A stretch of DNA of 62,958 nucleotides, filler included, from Phoronis australis (taxonomy: Eukaryota; Animalia; Phoronida): NCBI GenBank assembly GCA_002633005.1. It is 10 parts of 10 records of this genome, joined end to end, with 100 filler letters (N's around TTAATTAATTAA, not from the genome) between each part and the next. Parts side by side here need not be neighbours in the genome. Positions count along the whole stretch, not along the records: positions 14,954 to 41,018 come from NMRA01001339.1; positions 41,119 to 44,740 come from NMRA01002937.1; positions 44,841 to 47,502 come from NMRA01003514.1; positions 47,603 to 50,690 come from NMRA01001425.1; 6 more parts are not named here. One strand, written 5' to 3'. This document shows, piece by piece, positions 39,101 through 49,303 of this stretch. Below the pieces are notes generated by a model that worked only from the letters and a program-made list of their open reading frames with translations, searched no databases and was not told where the DNA came from. Within the stretch, counting starts at the first letter, position 1; each line of letters begins with the position of its first letter. The position numbers were made by a program, and so were the translations under genes.

Positions 39101-39942
39101 ACTTATTGGACATGGAGTTTCTGTCTTGCTTCACAAACCATGAGACTTCTAGTGGAAACCCCTGGTACATTTCCTACTCATATTGTTCCAGGAAATCTTC
39201 ATGCAGGCCTAAATGTTCATTTCCCATGTATATATTTTTCCCAAAATCGGAATTATATCTCTAGCCTAGCACAGCCGAAAACCTGAACTCAAAAGGGGAG
39301 AATATTTATTAATCCTAAGAAACGTCCCATGATTATTTTGCCTTCTATTTATCATTCAATACATTTTCCATGAAAGATTCCAAGTTTCACTGAAATGTGA
39401 TTTAAGACCTCAGACAGAAATTTGCTGTAATCAAGGTCCCACTTCTTAATTGCAAAATAATGGTCTCACCAGGTAATTCCGAACAAGGCATTGCAGTCTA
39501 GAGATAATTTATAGAAATTATCCCCCTTACACGCTATCATGCATATATTCTCAAAGACTTTGCAATTTGGCCAAGTGATATTTGATTATTTCGTCAAAAT
39601 GGCTGTGTGGAGGACATGAGCAAATTTATGTCTTGAGTCACATGGCAGGAAGCTGATGCCAGGGCTCAGTTTCATGAACTTAGACCGAAATAACAATGCT
39701 GCCATTTCATCACGTGTCACGTTGTGCTTGTTGAACAATGCTGCTGACACCATGCCAACAATCAAAGTTGAGAAGCAAACTTTCATGAAACGAAACCCAA
39801 GTTTTCCACGTACGACTTTCTGCCCAGCAGCAAACAAGAGCACATTATAGTATTTTAAGTAATTTTAAGAACTTTTACGTTCAGGAGGTGGTGGTTTCCG
39901 ACAATCACAACATCCATCCTGTCCTACATAGGCCTCCTCATC
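14954..39942 (-). CDS. Partial multi-exon mucin/VWF/hemocytin-like secreted glycoprotein: TIL, VWC-like, PTS and repeated F5/8 type C (discoidin) domains
   Basis: Twenty-two exons whose phases chain without a frameshift: 39942-39879, 38425-38184, 35443-35340, 35040-34874, 34716-34508, 34266-34150, 33707-33659, 33090-33013, 30166-30089, 28926-28646, 25448-25280, 21477-21355, 20884-20607, 20376-20205, 19884-19765, 19193-19071, 18599-18322, 18091-17920, 17603-17484, 16811-16689, 15662-15540, 15136 to contig end. Both gene ends lie outside the contig. Confidence 0.85.
15540..15662 (-). CDS. Mucin gene PTS exon (123 bp, phase 1-1)
   Basis: cag/gtagg bounded, YVTTQSTAVAPSTSPAPTTTSKPATT...TTRPS. 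Confidence 0.8.
16689..16811 (-). CDS. Mucin gene PTS exon (123 bp, phase 1-1)
   Basis: cag/gtagg bounded, NVTTQRTTAPPSTISAPTTTSKPATTLRVSTIAPSTTRPS. Confidence 0.8.
17121..17240 (-). pseudogene. 5'-truncated discoidin C-half pseudo-exon
   Basis: IFTEEQTDEYFKLIIIGYKSDQDGVNIAPTIKIDLLGCY with an intact donor. The acceptor and 5' part are replaced by a repeat fragment, and no N-half partner exon is present. Confidence 0.7.
17484..17603 (-). CDS. Mucin gene PTS exon (120 bp, phase 1-1)
   Basis: cag/gtagg bounded, NVTTQRTTVAPSTVSAPTTSKPATTKLVSTSAPGTTRPS. Confidence 0.82.
17920..18091 (-). CDS. Mucin gene exon: discoidin C-half
   Basis: TFSGDDFKSCGEPNGCSF...APTIKIDLLGCY, phase 0 to 1. The end resembles the LRxELLGC terminus of FA58C. 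Confidence 0.85.
18322..18599 (-). CDS. Mucin gene exon: discoidin N-half
   Basis: CVDKML..GWTP..QRLVVKL..VGGF..FYVGFSN..YQEGGSRK, phase 1 to 0. Confidence 0.85.
19071..19193 (-). CDS. Mucin gene PTS exon (123 bp)
   Basis: cag/gtagg bounded, phase 1-1, Thr/Ser/Pro rich. Confidence 0.82.
19765..19884 (-). CDS. Mucin gene PTS exon (120 bp)
   Basis: Copy of 17484-17603. Confidence 0.82.
20205..20376 (-). CDS. Mucin gene exon: discoidin C-half
   Basis: Copy of 17920-18091. Confidence 0.85.
20607..20884 (-). CDS. Mucin gene exon: discoidin N-half
   Basis: Copy of 18322-18599. Confidence 0.85.
21355..21477 (-). CDS. Mucin gene PTS exon (123 bp)
   Basis: cag/gtagg bounded, phase 1-1. Confidence 0.82.
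23305..23900. repeat. Degenerate array of palindromic (G)CTAGCCATCCGGTACCGGA-like motifs
   Basis: tccggtac and ggctaggcatcc recur in both orientations, resembling subterminal repeats of a DNA transposon. Confidence 0.7.
25280..25448 (-). CDS. Mucin gene exon: discoidin C-half (older paralog)
   Basis: LFNGNDFKWCGESVGCSYVFSEEQPYEYVRILILNY...PTIRMELLGCY, cag/gtgag bounded, phase 0 to 1. Not in the ORF track. Confidence 0.87.
25880..25955 (-). repeat. tRNA-derived SINE-like head
   Basis: A-box TGCTTAGTGG and B-box GGTTCGATTCC at tRNA spacing, but the cloverleaf stems are broken. Confidence 0.6.
26533..28110. mobile_element. Helentron/DINE-1-like non-autonomous element
   Basis: Subterminal inverted repeat ATGCGCCCACA (26559-26569) and TGTGGGCGCAT (28096-28106), with a short terminal hairpin and A-run flanks. 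Related ends occur at about 10620, 30210 and 38432. Confidence 0.6.
28646..28926 (-). CDS. Mucin gene exon: discoidin N-half (older paralog), probable GC donor
   Basis: CVDKMLLE..GWTPSS..QSLTVKL..FAVLFSNDPEDGEWIRYEENDKVK. Aligns with 18322-18599 and pairs with 25280-25448. Confidence 0.85.
30089..30166 (-). CDS. Mucin gene PTS mini-exon (78 bp, phase 1-1)
   Basis: cag/gt bounded, LSTTLRPSTTTVYATTAASSTARPS. Confidence 0.75.
31078..31310. repeat. Two degenerate tandem copies of about 120 bp
   Basis: gacgacaatcaagacgatc...atgtgactagcgaagaaatcaaatagagagca occurs twice. Confidence 0.8.
31519..32026. other. Within-scaffold assembly gap
   Basis: N-run of about 500 bp without the TTAATTAATTAA linker. 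Confidence 0.95.
33013..33090 (-). CDS. Mucin gene PTS mini-exon (78 bp, phase 1-1)
   Basis: tag/gtgagt bounded, VTTTTIVYSTTTIYSTAAATSSPIP. Confidence 0.8.
33659..33707 (-). CDS. Mucin gene micro-exon, end of a VWC-like module
   Basis: SEEPYTPEGECCSSCR, phase 0 to 1, CCxxC motif. Confidence 0.82.
34150..34266 (-). CDS. Mucin gene exon, VWC-like
   Basis: PNETWRDEHDPDCVRHTCLWNEI...RCVAIQCKQ, phase 0-0. Confidence 0.82.
34508..34716 (-). CDS. Mucin gene exon, TIL domain
   Basis: QCPMDQ..PCLYTC..LC..VC..SCCRCKPGY..KCIRMKDCPC, phase 1 to 0. Confidence 0.87.
34874..35040 (-). CDS. Mucin gene PTS exon
   Basis: VTRTTVTTTSVFMLTSLSTSTQPTATT...STTS, phase 2 to 1. The ORF track shows a different frame. 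Confidence 0.8.
35340..35443 (-). CDS. Mucin gene exon, VWC/E-like module
   Basis: SGSTFDELDEEDHSIPCRECECLNREIHCHADHS(C), phase 0 to 2. Confidence 0.82.
35919..37464. mobile_element. Non-autonomous Kolobok-like DNA transposon, copy 2 (intronic)
   Basis: TTAA flanks (35915-35918, 37465-37468) and TIR AGGAGAATGCCACCC...GGGTGGCATTCT. A THAP remnant lies on the minus strand (about 37095-37290; MVWCIVAAC..RKWL..HLCVCGRRF), with a convergent KolX-like remnant on the plus strand (about 36570-36893). Confidence 0.85.
38184..38425 (-). CDS. Mucin gene exon, TIL-like
   Basis: CDKQVIACNYPCGEELSSC...NCSCPAPYV..FCSKQPECACAYRGKIYS, phase 1 to 0. Confidence 0.82.
39879..39942 (-). CDS. Mucin gene micro-exon, end of a VWC-like module
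   Basis: DEEAYVGQDGCCDCRKPPPPE, phase 0 to 1, parallels 33659-33707. Confidence 0.72.
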
Positions 39943-41201
39943 CTAAAATGAACAACATTAGAAAATGAGTTCATAAAAATGTCCTATTCATATACTATGC
40001 AGTGAACAAAATGAAGTGAAACAGAACTGTAAGCAAGGCGGAGTTAAACAATGCAGCAAAAATCATATTGCAAATGCCAGGAGCCCAAGACATTTTTGTG
40101 AGCCAGCTGCATAGACTTTGCAACACATTCCCAATCTCAATGGCTGCACTTGATTGACTATAACAGTTCTGCGGAGTCAACTGGCTAAGACTTCTAATTG
40201 GTGTTTAAAACCCGGCAGTCATAGAGAGCCCGGCAATCAGATGTCATAGCCAATCAACATGGCGAAACTGACAAAGTCAACCGAACGCACCCAATTACTG
40301 GTGCAAACTGGAGTATTACGAGCTGGTTATGTTACAAAATTGAATTAATTAGCTTGAACGATGACAAGGCATCATCAAAATTCCGTGTACTTAACGACTA
40401 ACAGAAAAAGAGCAACTATACACATACACCTAAAATGCACAGCAAAAGTCAGGGCAGTCGTTCACATATTAAGCAAGCCAGTGCCATCCTCCACATTCGT
40501 AATGATGCTGTAAATGTACAGCTTTATGATCCTGAATCTTTAAAAACCAGCATGCCTTGTAATTTCAAAAACAGGCAATTCAAAAATTGTGCTGTTTTTA
40601 CAGAGTCTCAAATTATTTTTCTGATGAGCACCGAGGCTACTGGACAGAAGAGAGAAAAACCATCGTGTTTCACACTAGGCAGAGCGCTTAGTGAGCACGA
40701 GCTATAAAGCAAACTAACGTGCTTTGACGTCAAATAACTCAAGAGGAATGATGGACATGAAACTGTTAATATGAGACATGCCATTGTAGGAGAACAAGTC
40801 TTTGCCATGACCCAATTTCTAATTCAAGAGAACAAGGCGGGATGAGTTAACAAGGAATGCTATTTCTTTCATGAATATCATTTGTGAATCAGATGCACAT
40901 TCCACTGCACACCAGTGAGAATTTGACAATATGGCGGTCAAAAAAAATTATACAGTTAGACGAACTTACCTTAAGTGAAGGATGACTGTAATTTTATGTA
41001 TCCCCAGAATTCCCCCAGNNNNNNNNNNNNNNNNNNNNNNNNNNNNNNNNNNNNNNNNNNNNTTAATTAATTAANNNNNNNNNNNNNNNNNNNNNNNNNN
41101 NNNNNNNNNNNNNNNNNNTAGCAAATTATACTAAATTGTCATGAAATGTGATATGTTATCAACAGAAACAAAATAATGAAGTTCTTCGTGCCTACGTGCA
41201 G

Positions 41202-41447
41202 ATCTCACCGAGTCCCTGAGAGATTTCCAAGTCCTGGTCTCCAATGCAAGTGAGACACTACCAGCAACCTCTACTGACGTTCTGTGTAAACACTACACCG
41301 GCACCATCAGTGACGCTACCACTGTGTACATAGCTTGTGACCGTCCCGTCACTGGGAGATATCTGTACATCATCAAGAACGGCAACAGCAAATCAGAAAC
41401 ACTGTCATTATGTGAGGTGGGAGTAACGGGAATACCAATCAGTGCAG
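41202..41447 (+). CDS. F-type lectin (fucolectin/FTP) domain C-half exon of a Tie-like receptor
   Basis: LRDFQVLVSN...LCKHYTG..VYIACDRPVTGRYLYII..TLSLCEVGV, cag/gt bounded, 246 bp, phase 1-1. Confidence 0.85.
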
Positions 41448-41755
41448 GTACATGTATTGAACAGATACAGAATTGTACGAACGTAACGGAATAAAGACTG
41501 TGAACAATGAAAAGTGTCGTGCATTTAACAAATTCTGTATAACCGAAAACTTGCTCCAGAAGAACAGCCAGTATTGAACGGACAGCATTTTTTTTTAAAT
41601 AAAGCAGATAGACTTCAATCGACCTTGGCCACAATCTCAACGTCTTCGTGACGTGACTGGTTGGCAGCTTAGTCGAACCTTTGTCGCAATGAAATACTGT
41701 TTTGTCAAAGATTAATCGCAGTTTAATTCGCACCAATGTTGTTTTTATTTTGTAG

Positions 41756-42001
41756 CCTCCAGCACGCTCACTACAAGAGTAAGCGTGGGTGATAGGGTGA
41801 CACTAACATTTGACGGGATAGAGTCATCCGGTATCAAATGGCAGAAAGACAGCGCTGCTTTTTACAAAAGCGTTTACATAAATGGGTGGAATGACAAGCT
41901 GACTAACACAATTGACCCAGTAGAAGTGGGACATGGCGGAGTGTACACTATATACAGATCACATGGAAATGTTCTTGGCATCACCCGCCTGGTCGTCAGA
42001 G
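41756..42001 (+). CDS. Ig-like domain exon (Tie-type)
   Basis: VSVGDRVTLTF..IKWQKD..DPVEVGHGGVYTI..ITRLVVR, tag/gt bounded, 246 bp, phase 1-1. Confidence 0.85.
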
Positions 42002-42789
42002 GTTAGTAAGAGATATTCTCGTCGTTAAGCCTGATTTGGTTAAATATTAAATATGTGCATGGCCTACGCGATCACGATCTAACAACGTCTGCTTTGTTTT
42101 GTCGATGGAGACTAGGTTGCAAGAACACCATCCATGATTTACCGAAATATGTAAACTGGAAGTTATCCGTCAGTTCACGACGTAGCATCAGGTGGTCTGC
42201 CACCACTGTCGTTGTCTGAACTACATGCAATAACAAATTGTCAATTTATCCCAAACCCTGTAATTTCTTCTCACCTCAATGGGTAACATATTAAGTTCGT
42301 CTGCTTTGTAGCACTAGGCTTCAGTTTAAAAACACATACAATCGTCGCACAAATAAAAAGGTTCATGTTCATTTAACGTTTCGTCTATTCATAATGCATC
42401 ATCAGGATAATTCTGTACAATAAGACTGAAATGTTAACATACCATTCAGGTCACATCCATATAGTGAAATGAGAGTAGTGAGAGATACAGGGAATTGCAA
42501 GTAGGTCATCCCCATAGCTGTAGGGTCACTGAGGTCTGCATGCTATTCAAAGAATCAGTAGCATGCTGGTCCTGAATGGCCAATGACTCTTTAATGCACA
42601 GTAATTCCTTTATAGGTTATTTTCAAATAATACTAATTGAACTGCCTTGGTGGCTGTTTCTAACACAATGCCTATAGAAGTTACTGTTCCCTGTATCTCT
42701 TGCTCCTCTCGTAAAAGCACTAGAGCCCCGATATTTTTCTTTGTGAAGGAAGTTTTTAATTCTGTCTGTCTCCTTTAAGAAAACGGACT

Positions 42790-43800
42790 GACGTTTCCAT
42801 TTGTTGCCTTGCACTAAATGTTGTAGGCAGGTAACAGTGTCATCCAGTAGGTTATTCCTTAGCCTATAAAAAAGCTGAGCAAGACTCTATTAAGTGTTTA
42901 GGGGTTTCAACGTCAGTACCGCATTTGGGGCACACTGGGCTCCCCATCTGCTCAGTAATGTGTCTGTGTCGGGCAAGGCTACAGCGGCCCGTCAAGATTT
43001 GAACGACGTGTCTCATGCCCATTCTATCTAGACTCAAAAGGTTTTTTCGAACTTTTTGGTTTGATCACGCTGGGAAAATTCTCCTTTGTCTCTCTGCGGG
43101 AGTTACGTGATGCCCAGTGGGCTGCTCAGTGGGAACATGTAAGTACCCACTGGGCTGCTCAGTAGGTTCATGTATGTACCCGGTGTACTCATCATGTGAC
43201 ATCAGCAGCATACCCATGCAGTAGGTTCAGGTACACAATGCAGAACGCTGGCTCCTAACTTTGCGAGTCTGTCTGCATTCTCACTGCCTTCAATTCCTAC
43301 TTGGGCCCTGGCGCGGCGTATGTGGACGGTTCTTTCTATTGCAAGCTTGTTAAGCTTATTAATACAATCATTGACACAATGGTAATTGACCGTTGGTTTT
43401 TAGGGCTTTTATAGCAGCCTGGCTATCTTGAATGATGGTGATTGTCCGATTGTCCAGCTCGGTGTTGTACTGACGTGCAACTTTAGCAGCTCTGCTAACT
43501 GCAGTTATTTCGTCTTGGAACACGGCGACAAGATTACCTAGCGATACCCAACTTTCTGCTTCTGCAACAGGAAGGCGTGGGCAATAGATGACATCACTTG
43601 TCTTGCCAATTTCCAAGTTAGAGCCATCCTTACAACAGACCAATTTATTCTGTTTTCTGCGATTTAAAGCTGTTATTTGGATATTACTAGGCTTGCTCAA
43701 TAGTTGCCCAGTTTTGGCTATTAGAACCAGTCAAGGCTTAGGAGATACATGTATTTGCCATGTCGTAAAATCTGGAAACATGCTTGATGGTTACAAAGTG
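42790..43800 (-). mobile_element. Decayed RNase H-bearing LINE 3' part (I/LOA/R1-like group), intronic
   Basis: RNase H motifs VFQDEITAV, IIQDSQAAIKAL and VGIEGSENADRLAK, then a C-terminal CCHC (ILTGRC..CPKCGTDVETPKHLIESC). Confidence 0.85.
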
Positions 43801-44667
43801 TTTAACTGTAGATTTTAGTATGCATGTATCATAACCACAAAGTATTTTCCCGTCACTGTAATCGCGCGACATTTATTCCCTGATTTTCAATTTTCAAGTA
43901 CATGTAGTATGTCAACGTAAATCCCAGGCATGAAACCTTCTTCACATTCCGTATCGTTAATTTTACACCTATAGAAAATATCTTGGATTTTTCATCCACC
44001 TCTCTAGTGCGACGCCTTGACAAACAGCATCAAAACTTTTCATTCCGTGAAACTGTAGAAGTGTCACTGAATTCCGGAGCCAGCATAGACTTCATTTCAA
44101 ATTCATAAGTTAAATAGATTATAAACCATCTTGCAAAGACTCGAATCACTACCTGCCTGAATTTGGTTTCAACGTCAAAAGGAAAATAGTGTTAGGAATT
44201 CGAAAATAACGTTATTGTTTGAAAGCAGGCCTTACCAATTGGATTGTCAAGTCGTTTTATTTTATTAGCCTAAGGTGGTCTAGCAAAACTTTTCAAACCA
44301 GACTCAACTGAGTGTTAAAGAATTTGAAACCAGTGTTAGCGGTTAGTCGAAAATTCATTTCCTGGACGGAACTGGTGGTTTATTGCCGCATTAGAGAAAC
44401 AGGAGTTTCAGTTCCCTATAGATGTTTAAGGTTGTGGATATTAAGACCATCTTCCTTAAAACTTGTGTTTTGTGGAAAAAATATAATGAACACAGTTCTG
44501 TAATAGAAAACTAGCATTTAAAAAGTATTTCAATATAAGAAATCTCTCGGAAATGAGATTAAGCAGTTATGATAAGTCAGTACAATAACTGAGCCATTTA
44601 TATGAGACGGCATGTACAATGTATGTTCGGAGATTCTGGCGGTAGCGATCGGTTTGTGTTGTTTCAG

Positions 44668-44740
44668 TGTGCCCAAGTGGTAAATACGGCATTGATTGTA
44701 CTGATGACTGTCCACACTGTGAGAATGGAGGCATTTGTCA
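44668..44740 (+). CDS. EGF-like exon (Tie-type), cut by the contig end
   Basis: (V)CPSGKYGIDCTDDCPHCENGGIC, phase-1 acceptor, in frame with the Ig exon. Confidence 0.85.
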
Positions 44741-45004
44741 NNNNNNNNNNNNNNNNNNNNNNNNNNNNNNNNNNNNNNNNNNNNTTAATTAATTAANNNN
44801 NNNNNNNNNNNNNNNNNNNNNNNNNNNNNNNNNNNNNNNNCNGATACACAATCATCTATCCTAATGGTCAGTTATCATAGAGAACTTTTGATAAATGTCT
44901 TGTCTTACTTTTTATTTATACCACAATATTAGCGTCGAATGGCAAATACAACAGTGTAGTAACCCATTTAGTTATCTCACAAGTGAGATAACATTTTGGC
45001 GGGA

Positions 45005-45076
45005 AACCGAGGGCGGTTTCGAACCCGGGCCTCAAGAGTTTGGAGTCGCCGACTTTACCAGACTACACCAGTCAGC
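45005..45076 (-). repeat. tRNA-like SINE head or tRNA pseudogene
   Basis: TGGTGTAGTCTGG A-box, GGTTCGAAACC B-box and a CTCCAAA loop, but the acceptor and anticodon stems do not pair. Confidence 0.55.
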
Positions 45077-46824
45077 GGCTGACGTCGTCGAACGTGAAAA
45101 TAGAATACTTAAATTAGCACGCGCAACAATCGCATGTTCAGCAATGGGCATTGTGCCGACATTTATATGCTGTGAAAAATAAGACGCACAATTTCCATAA
45201 AAAATATATTTTAATTCAGTGAAGAATTTTCTCTCCTGTTCTCTCACTTGTAAATCACCGATCTCCAATTTGAATGTGGGTATCGTGTCATCGGGATCCT
45301 TTGTCTTGAGCATTATACTCAGTTACTAGTGGTAACCTTTAGCAGAAGATATTTTCCCAGTCGAGGCTTAGCGTGATAAAAGGTGTAGTGAGCTACATGA
45401 CTTCGACATGTAATAATCTATATATATTTGGCAATTTGTGCTATATCAGTTTTACCATCTCGCCATAAACATTCCCACTAACGAGATGATGTCAAACCCC
45501 ACTGATCAGGGAAAACTGTGGGGTTTGGCCAATTGAACTAGAGCGTAATTTATCCAGCTTGGCTGTGTTGCGCTCAGCTCACGATTAAAGGGATCCTGCC
45601 TAGCTGCTCTATTCATCGAGTCAGGAGGGATGGTAATTGGATTTGCTCATGCGGAGACGATCAGCTGATTACAATCTAGCCTAGATGACCGTACTTCTTA
45701 TGCAGAGTGTTTTACGTAGTTTTGAGTGTAATATTTGAAAAGAGGAGACAAAAAAAAAGTTGGTACAACTTTGAATTTTTCAAATCGACCCAGAATAAGA
45801 GATTTAGCAACACAGCAACACTGACGATTAATTTCATTCGGCGCGCACGAATACAAAAATATCGAGCCCAAGTTAGGATAATATAGTACGCTGTATGTTA
45901 TTTAGATTTTGGAACACATGCATTGCAATATTCAAAATACGTGTATTATAGCTCTTACAAGCTGTAAATCAAGTTGTTTATTTTCATTGTGCTCAGTCTT
46001 TGTCATCCGTCAAATTGGAAATTTCCAAGATGTGCGGCGTGCGCGTATGTATACAAAACACAGGATCGTTATGTTCCTGAAGTACGAAAATTAAGAAACT
46101 TTAGCATGCCGTTACTATTGACAGAGACACAATAAAACGAATTTGGATTTTGACAATAGTCTTGATACAGCGAGCTGGCTGACTATAGGTACCACTGCGT
46201 CAGTGTCTCCGTTAGACCCAGAAATTTCACACAGCCCAGGTAGTTCAGCTCGTCACCTTGTCCCCAACATGTAGATCGAGCCTTGGTCGGACTATTAATG
46301 TTTTACTCCATGGTAGAGTGAGTTAACCGGCACTAACCTTGCACGTAGCAGCCGTTTAAGTGAATAACAATCGAATAAACGCCATTTTCTGGCATAATCC
46401 TCCGCCTTTTGTAACAAAAAAGTCTGTCGTCGATGACCCGCTCACGCACTCACTCTCATACGCAGACGAACTTCAAAACAAACGTCCTGTGACAACAGCA
46501 TGTGTGTTTATCCAGAGATTTTTCTCGTGTTGTGGGGTATGATGTAACGCAGATTTGGACTTAATCGCAATCAATCTGGACTCCACATGAACTTAAAAAC
46601 TTGTAAAACATAAGGAGTATTTCAGGTAATTTGTTGAGTCGAAACTATATTTTTATTCAAGAATTCAAGTTTTCTTATCGACAATCGCGATTCAGCGACG
46701 TATCAGTCGGCAAGTTTTCGCTCTGGGATTTCAGCACAATTTTTTGAAAAATGATCATAATTTAATAACGGAGTTTGATAGAAATGCACCACAATTTTGT
46801 AGAAAGACTCATAATACATCACAG

Positions 46825-47300
46825 AGCGTAAATGTGCTGAATCCTAGCTTCCAATAAGCATTTCGGAAACCGGGTTTCAACTGCCTTGGGCAATGAAATG
46901 AATTTTTCTAAGTGCCCGGGGCATTTATTAGAGCCAATACAATATACAGCTTTCCACCAAGGCTAGGTGATGCTACGAGATATTCTTAGTTGCTTGAATG
47001 TAGAGATTGTTGCAAATTATTGCTTGTTTCCATATCATATTGATGGCGGAAATGAAAACGTTGCAAATTTCAATTTTAATGTTTGCAAAATCAAAGGTTG
47101 GTAAACCAAGTCTTTTTAAAACACTTTTGGTGAAAGACTAGCAGGAGATGCCCACTCTTTCAAAATTGCATGAAGGTATTAACTATTCCATGCAGCATTA
47201 TTTAACTGTTCTTGGAAAATTATCATTTTATGGCCTGGTCATCCATTCAGCCAAAAGTAGTTCCAGAGGTGGCTTATCAGCCAATTATTCACGCATGCTG
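46825..47300. repeat. Interspersed repeat shared (inverted) with 58370-58643
   Basis: Blocks 46825-46852, 46931-46972 and 47217-47282 match the reverse complement of blocks in 58381-58643. Confidence 0.85.
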
Positions 47301-48254
47301 ACTCACAGTGGAAGCCTGATAAGAGTGAAGGTGGATAAATAGGGTGTTCCTGTAGTTTCTTGTGGTAGTAGATGTGTTCAGGACATGCTAGTTCATGGTT
47401 GACTTACAATTGCCAAAGAATTGAGACAAATTTCTGTAGCCCCATAGAGGTTAATGTACCTGGTAGTTAGAGTCATCTACTCTTGATATTGTGAATTTTA
47501 TTNNNNNNNNNNNNNNNNNNNNNNNNNNNNNNNNNNNNNNNNNNNNTTAATTAATTAANNNNNNNNNNNNNNNNNNNNNNNNNNNNNNNNNNNNNNNNNN
47601 NNCAACTTTATATGTGGGAACTTTTTAGATTTTGAAAACACTCTAATAAATGAATTAAAAAACACCAAAATAAAATTGCGCCCCTGAAGTACTCACAAAA
47701 ACCATTTTCTAGAGGCCCTACAAAATCTGGCCCACCGACTATCAGAGATTCCCGAGGAAAATTAGTGATACCTGCTAGCTGGCTACTGACCACCTAGTGG
47801 CACGCAGGGAACCAGCGAGTAAGTTAGCTCGCCACGGGGGTCATTTTATACGCCGAACATGCTCTCAAGAGCCACCGAACTAGGAGTTATTCCTTTCCCC
47901 AAAAATCACTCCTCATCTACGGAAGGCTGGCTTGCAACTGCTTTTAAGTGAAAGTTCCACGTCCATTGTTAAATTTTGCTGAAGAACTGCGTATAAATAA
48001 AAAATACTGAGAAAAACGTAAAGGTCTTGTAGTGTATGAATACAAAAGTAGAACCTGGAGGATAAAAATAGAAATGAGTGTTAAAATAAACCCTAAGGGT
48101 TGATATAAAAATAAAAGTAACAAATATCGAAATAATGACGATAAATGAATTTAACTAGTTAAATTCAATTTCAATTGCTAGGTGCAAAATTACATTTAGT
48201 ATAGGCGTACGACAACAAAGAGTGACAAGAATTTCGGTGTCTATGTAATTTCAG

Positions 48255-48383
48255 TACATCTGTGAAGAGCACTTCACCAAGATATCCGGAAAAAGCCTGT
48301 TCACCGGGCTTACTGCTAAAACACACTTTGGTCGTCCGGAGTTTGAGACGTTCTTCAGGTCCGTTCACGAGAAATATCCCAAG
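48255..48383 (+). CDS. DUOX: Dual oxidase, penultimate coding exon
   Basis: YICEEHFTKISGKSLFTGLTAKTHFGRPEFETFFRSVHEKYPK, cag/gt bounded, phase 0-0. Confidence 0.93.
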
Positions 48384-48693
48384 GTAACGCCACGTATTTA
48401 TACACTCTGTACGCCCGAAATGACGTACAACAAACGGTGAGTTAAGTTAGAAAGGTGGTTGAGAAAGGATACGTTTCACTTTTACATTCACAAAACTGGC
48501 TGGCTGCAAAGAATATACTGATCAACATCAAGTGGCTTAAAGTTAATTAAATGTTAGTTTACATAATGGCTATCAGCACTGTTTTGAAGCTCTTTGTTTG
48601 CACATTTACGCAAGGCATCATATTAGAACTGATGTTACACTGTAAACTGTCAAGTCTGGAAAACTCTTGAATCAGCATTGGTTTATATTTTAG

Positions 48694-48819
48694 GTGAAGA
48701 AGATAGGTGTGTTTAGCTGCGGACCACCCGGGCTGACGAAGAACGTGGAGAAGTCATGCTTGAACAGCAATAAAATGACGAATAAGACGTCATTCGAGCA
48801 CCATTATGAGAACTTTTAG
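48694..48819 (+). CDS. DUOX: Dual oxidase, last coding exon
   Basis: [22 protein letters not shown]...FEHHYENF*, the NADPH-binding C-terminus typical of DUOX. Confidence 0.94.
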   Translation: MKKIGVFSCGPPGLTKNVEKSCLNSNKMTNKTSFEHHYENF

Positions 48820-49303
48820 GATTTGGTACCGCTGTAAATTCCAAACAAATGTAACAATTCCTTTTTTCTTAAAGTTTTTATTTACAATTTTTTTCTATTA
48901 TTCTATGGATGGGGTGATTGTGTTAGATACGCAGCAGTTCGCAAAGCAAGAATAAATAACTTCTCTTTAGTGGTCAAGATTTTGAACTCCCAGTCAAATA
49001 ATTAAGGCTTTGGGTACATGTATTGTAGGTGAAACTATTAGCAATGAGATGTTATGGATTCCACAGGAGACTGATTAAGTCAGGAAACTTGCCAGTCAAT
49101 AGAACCAGTTTGTTTATTTAGTTTATCAATTTAAGTCTAATGAGGAATCGCAGAATTTCCATTTTGTACTTTTTAAAGTGCTAATTTCACGCCCATGATT
49201 ACCTAAATGTACATGCAAGAGTGTTACGATGTATTTCGGTGTATTTGCAATTCTGTAACATTATTTTACCGTTCTCGTGTTTGAGTTTTTGGCACTAAGT
49301 GCA

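Noticed and set aside
41293-41736. Minus-strand 147-aa ORF
   Set aside because: Antisense shadow of the lectin exon plus intron.
45005-45076. Functional tRNA-Trp(CCA)
   Set aside because: The acceptor and anticodon stems do not pair.
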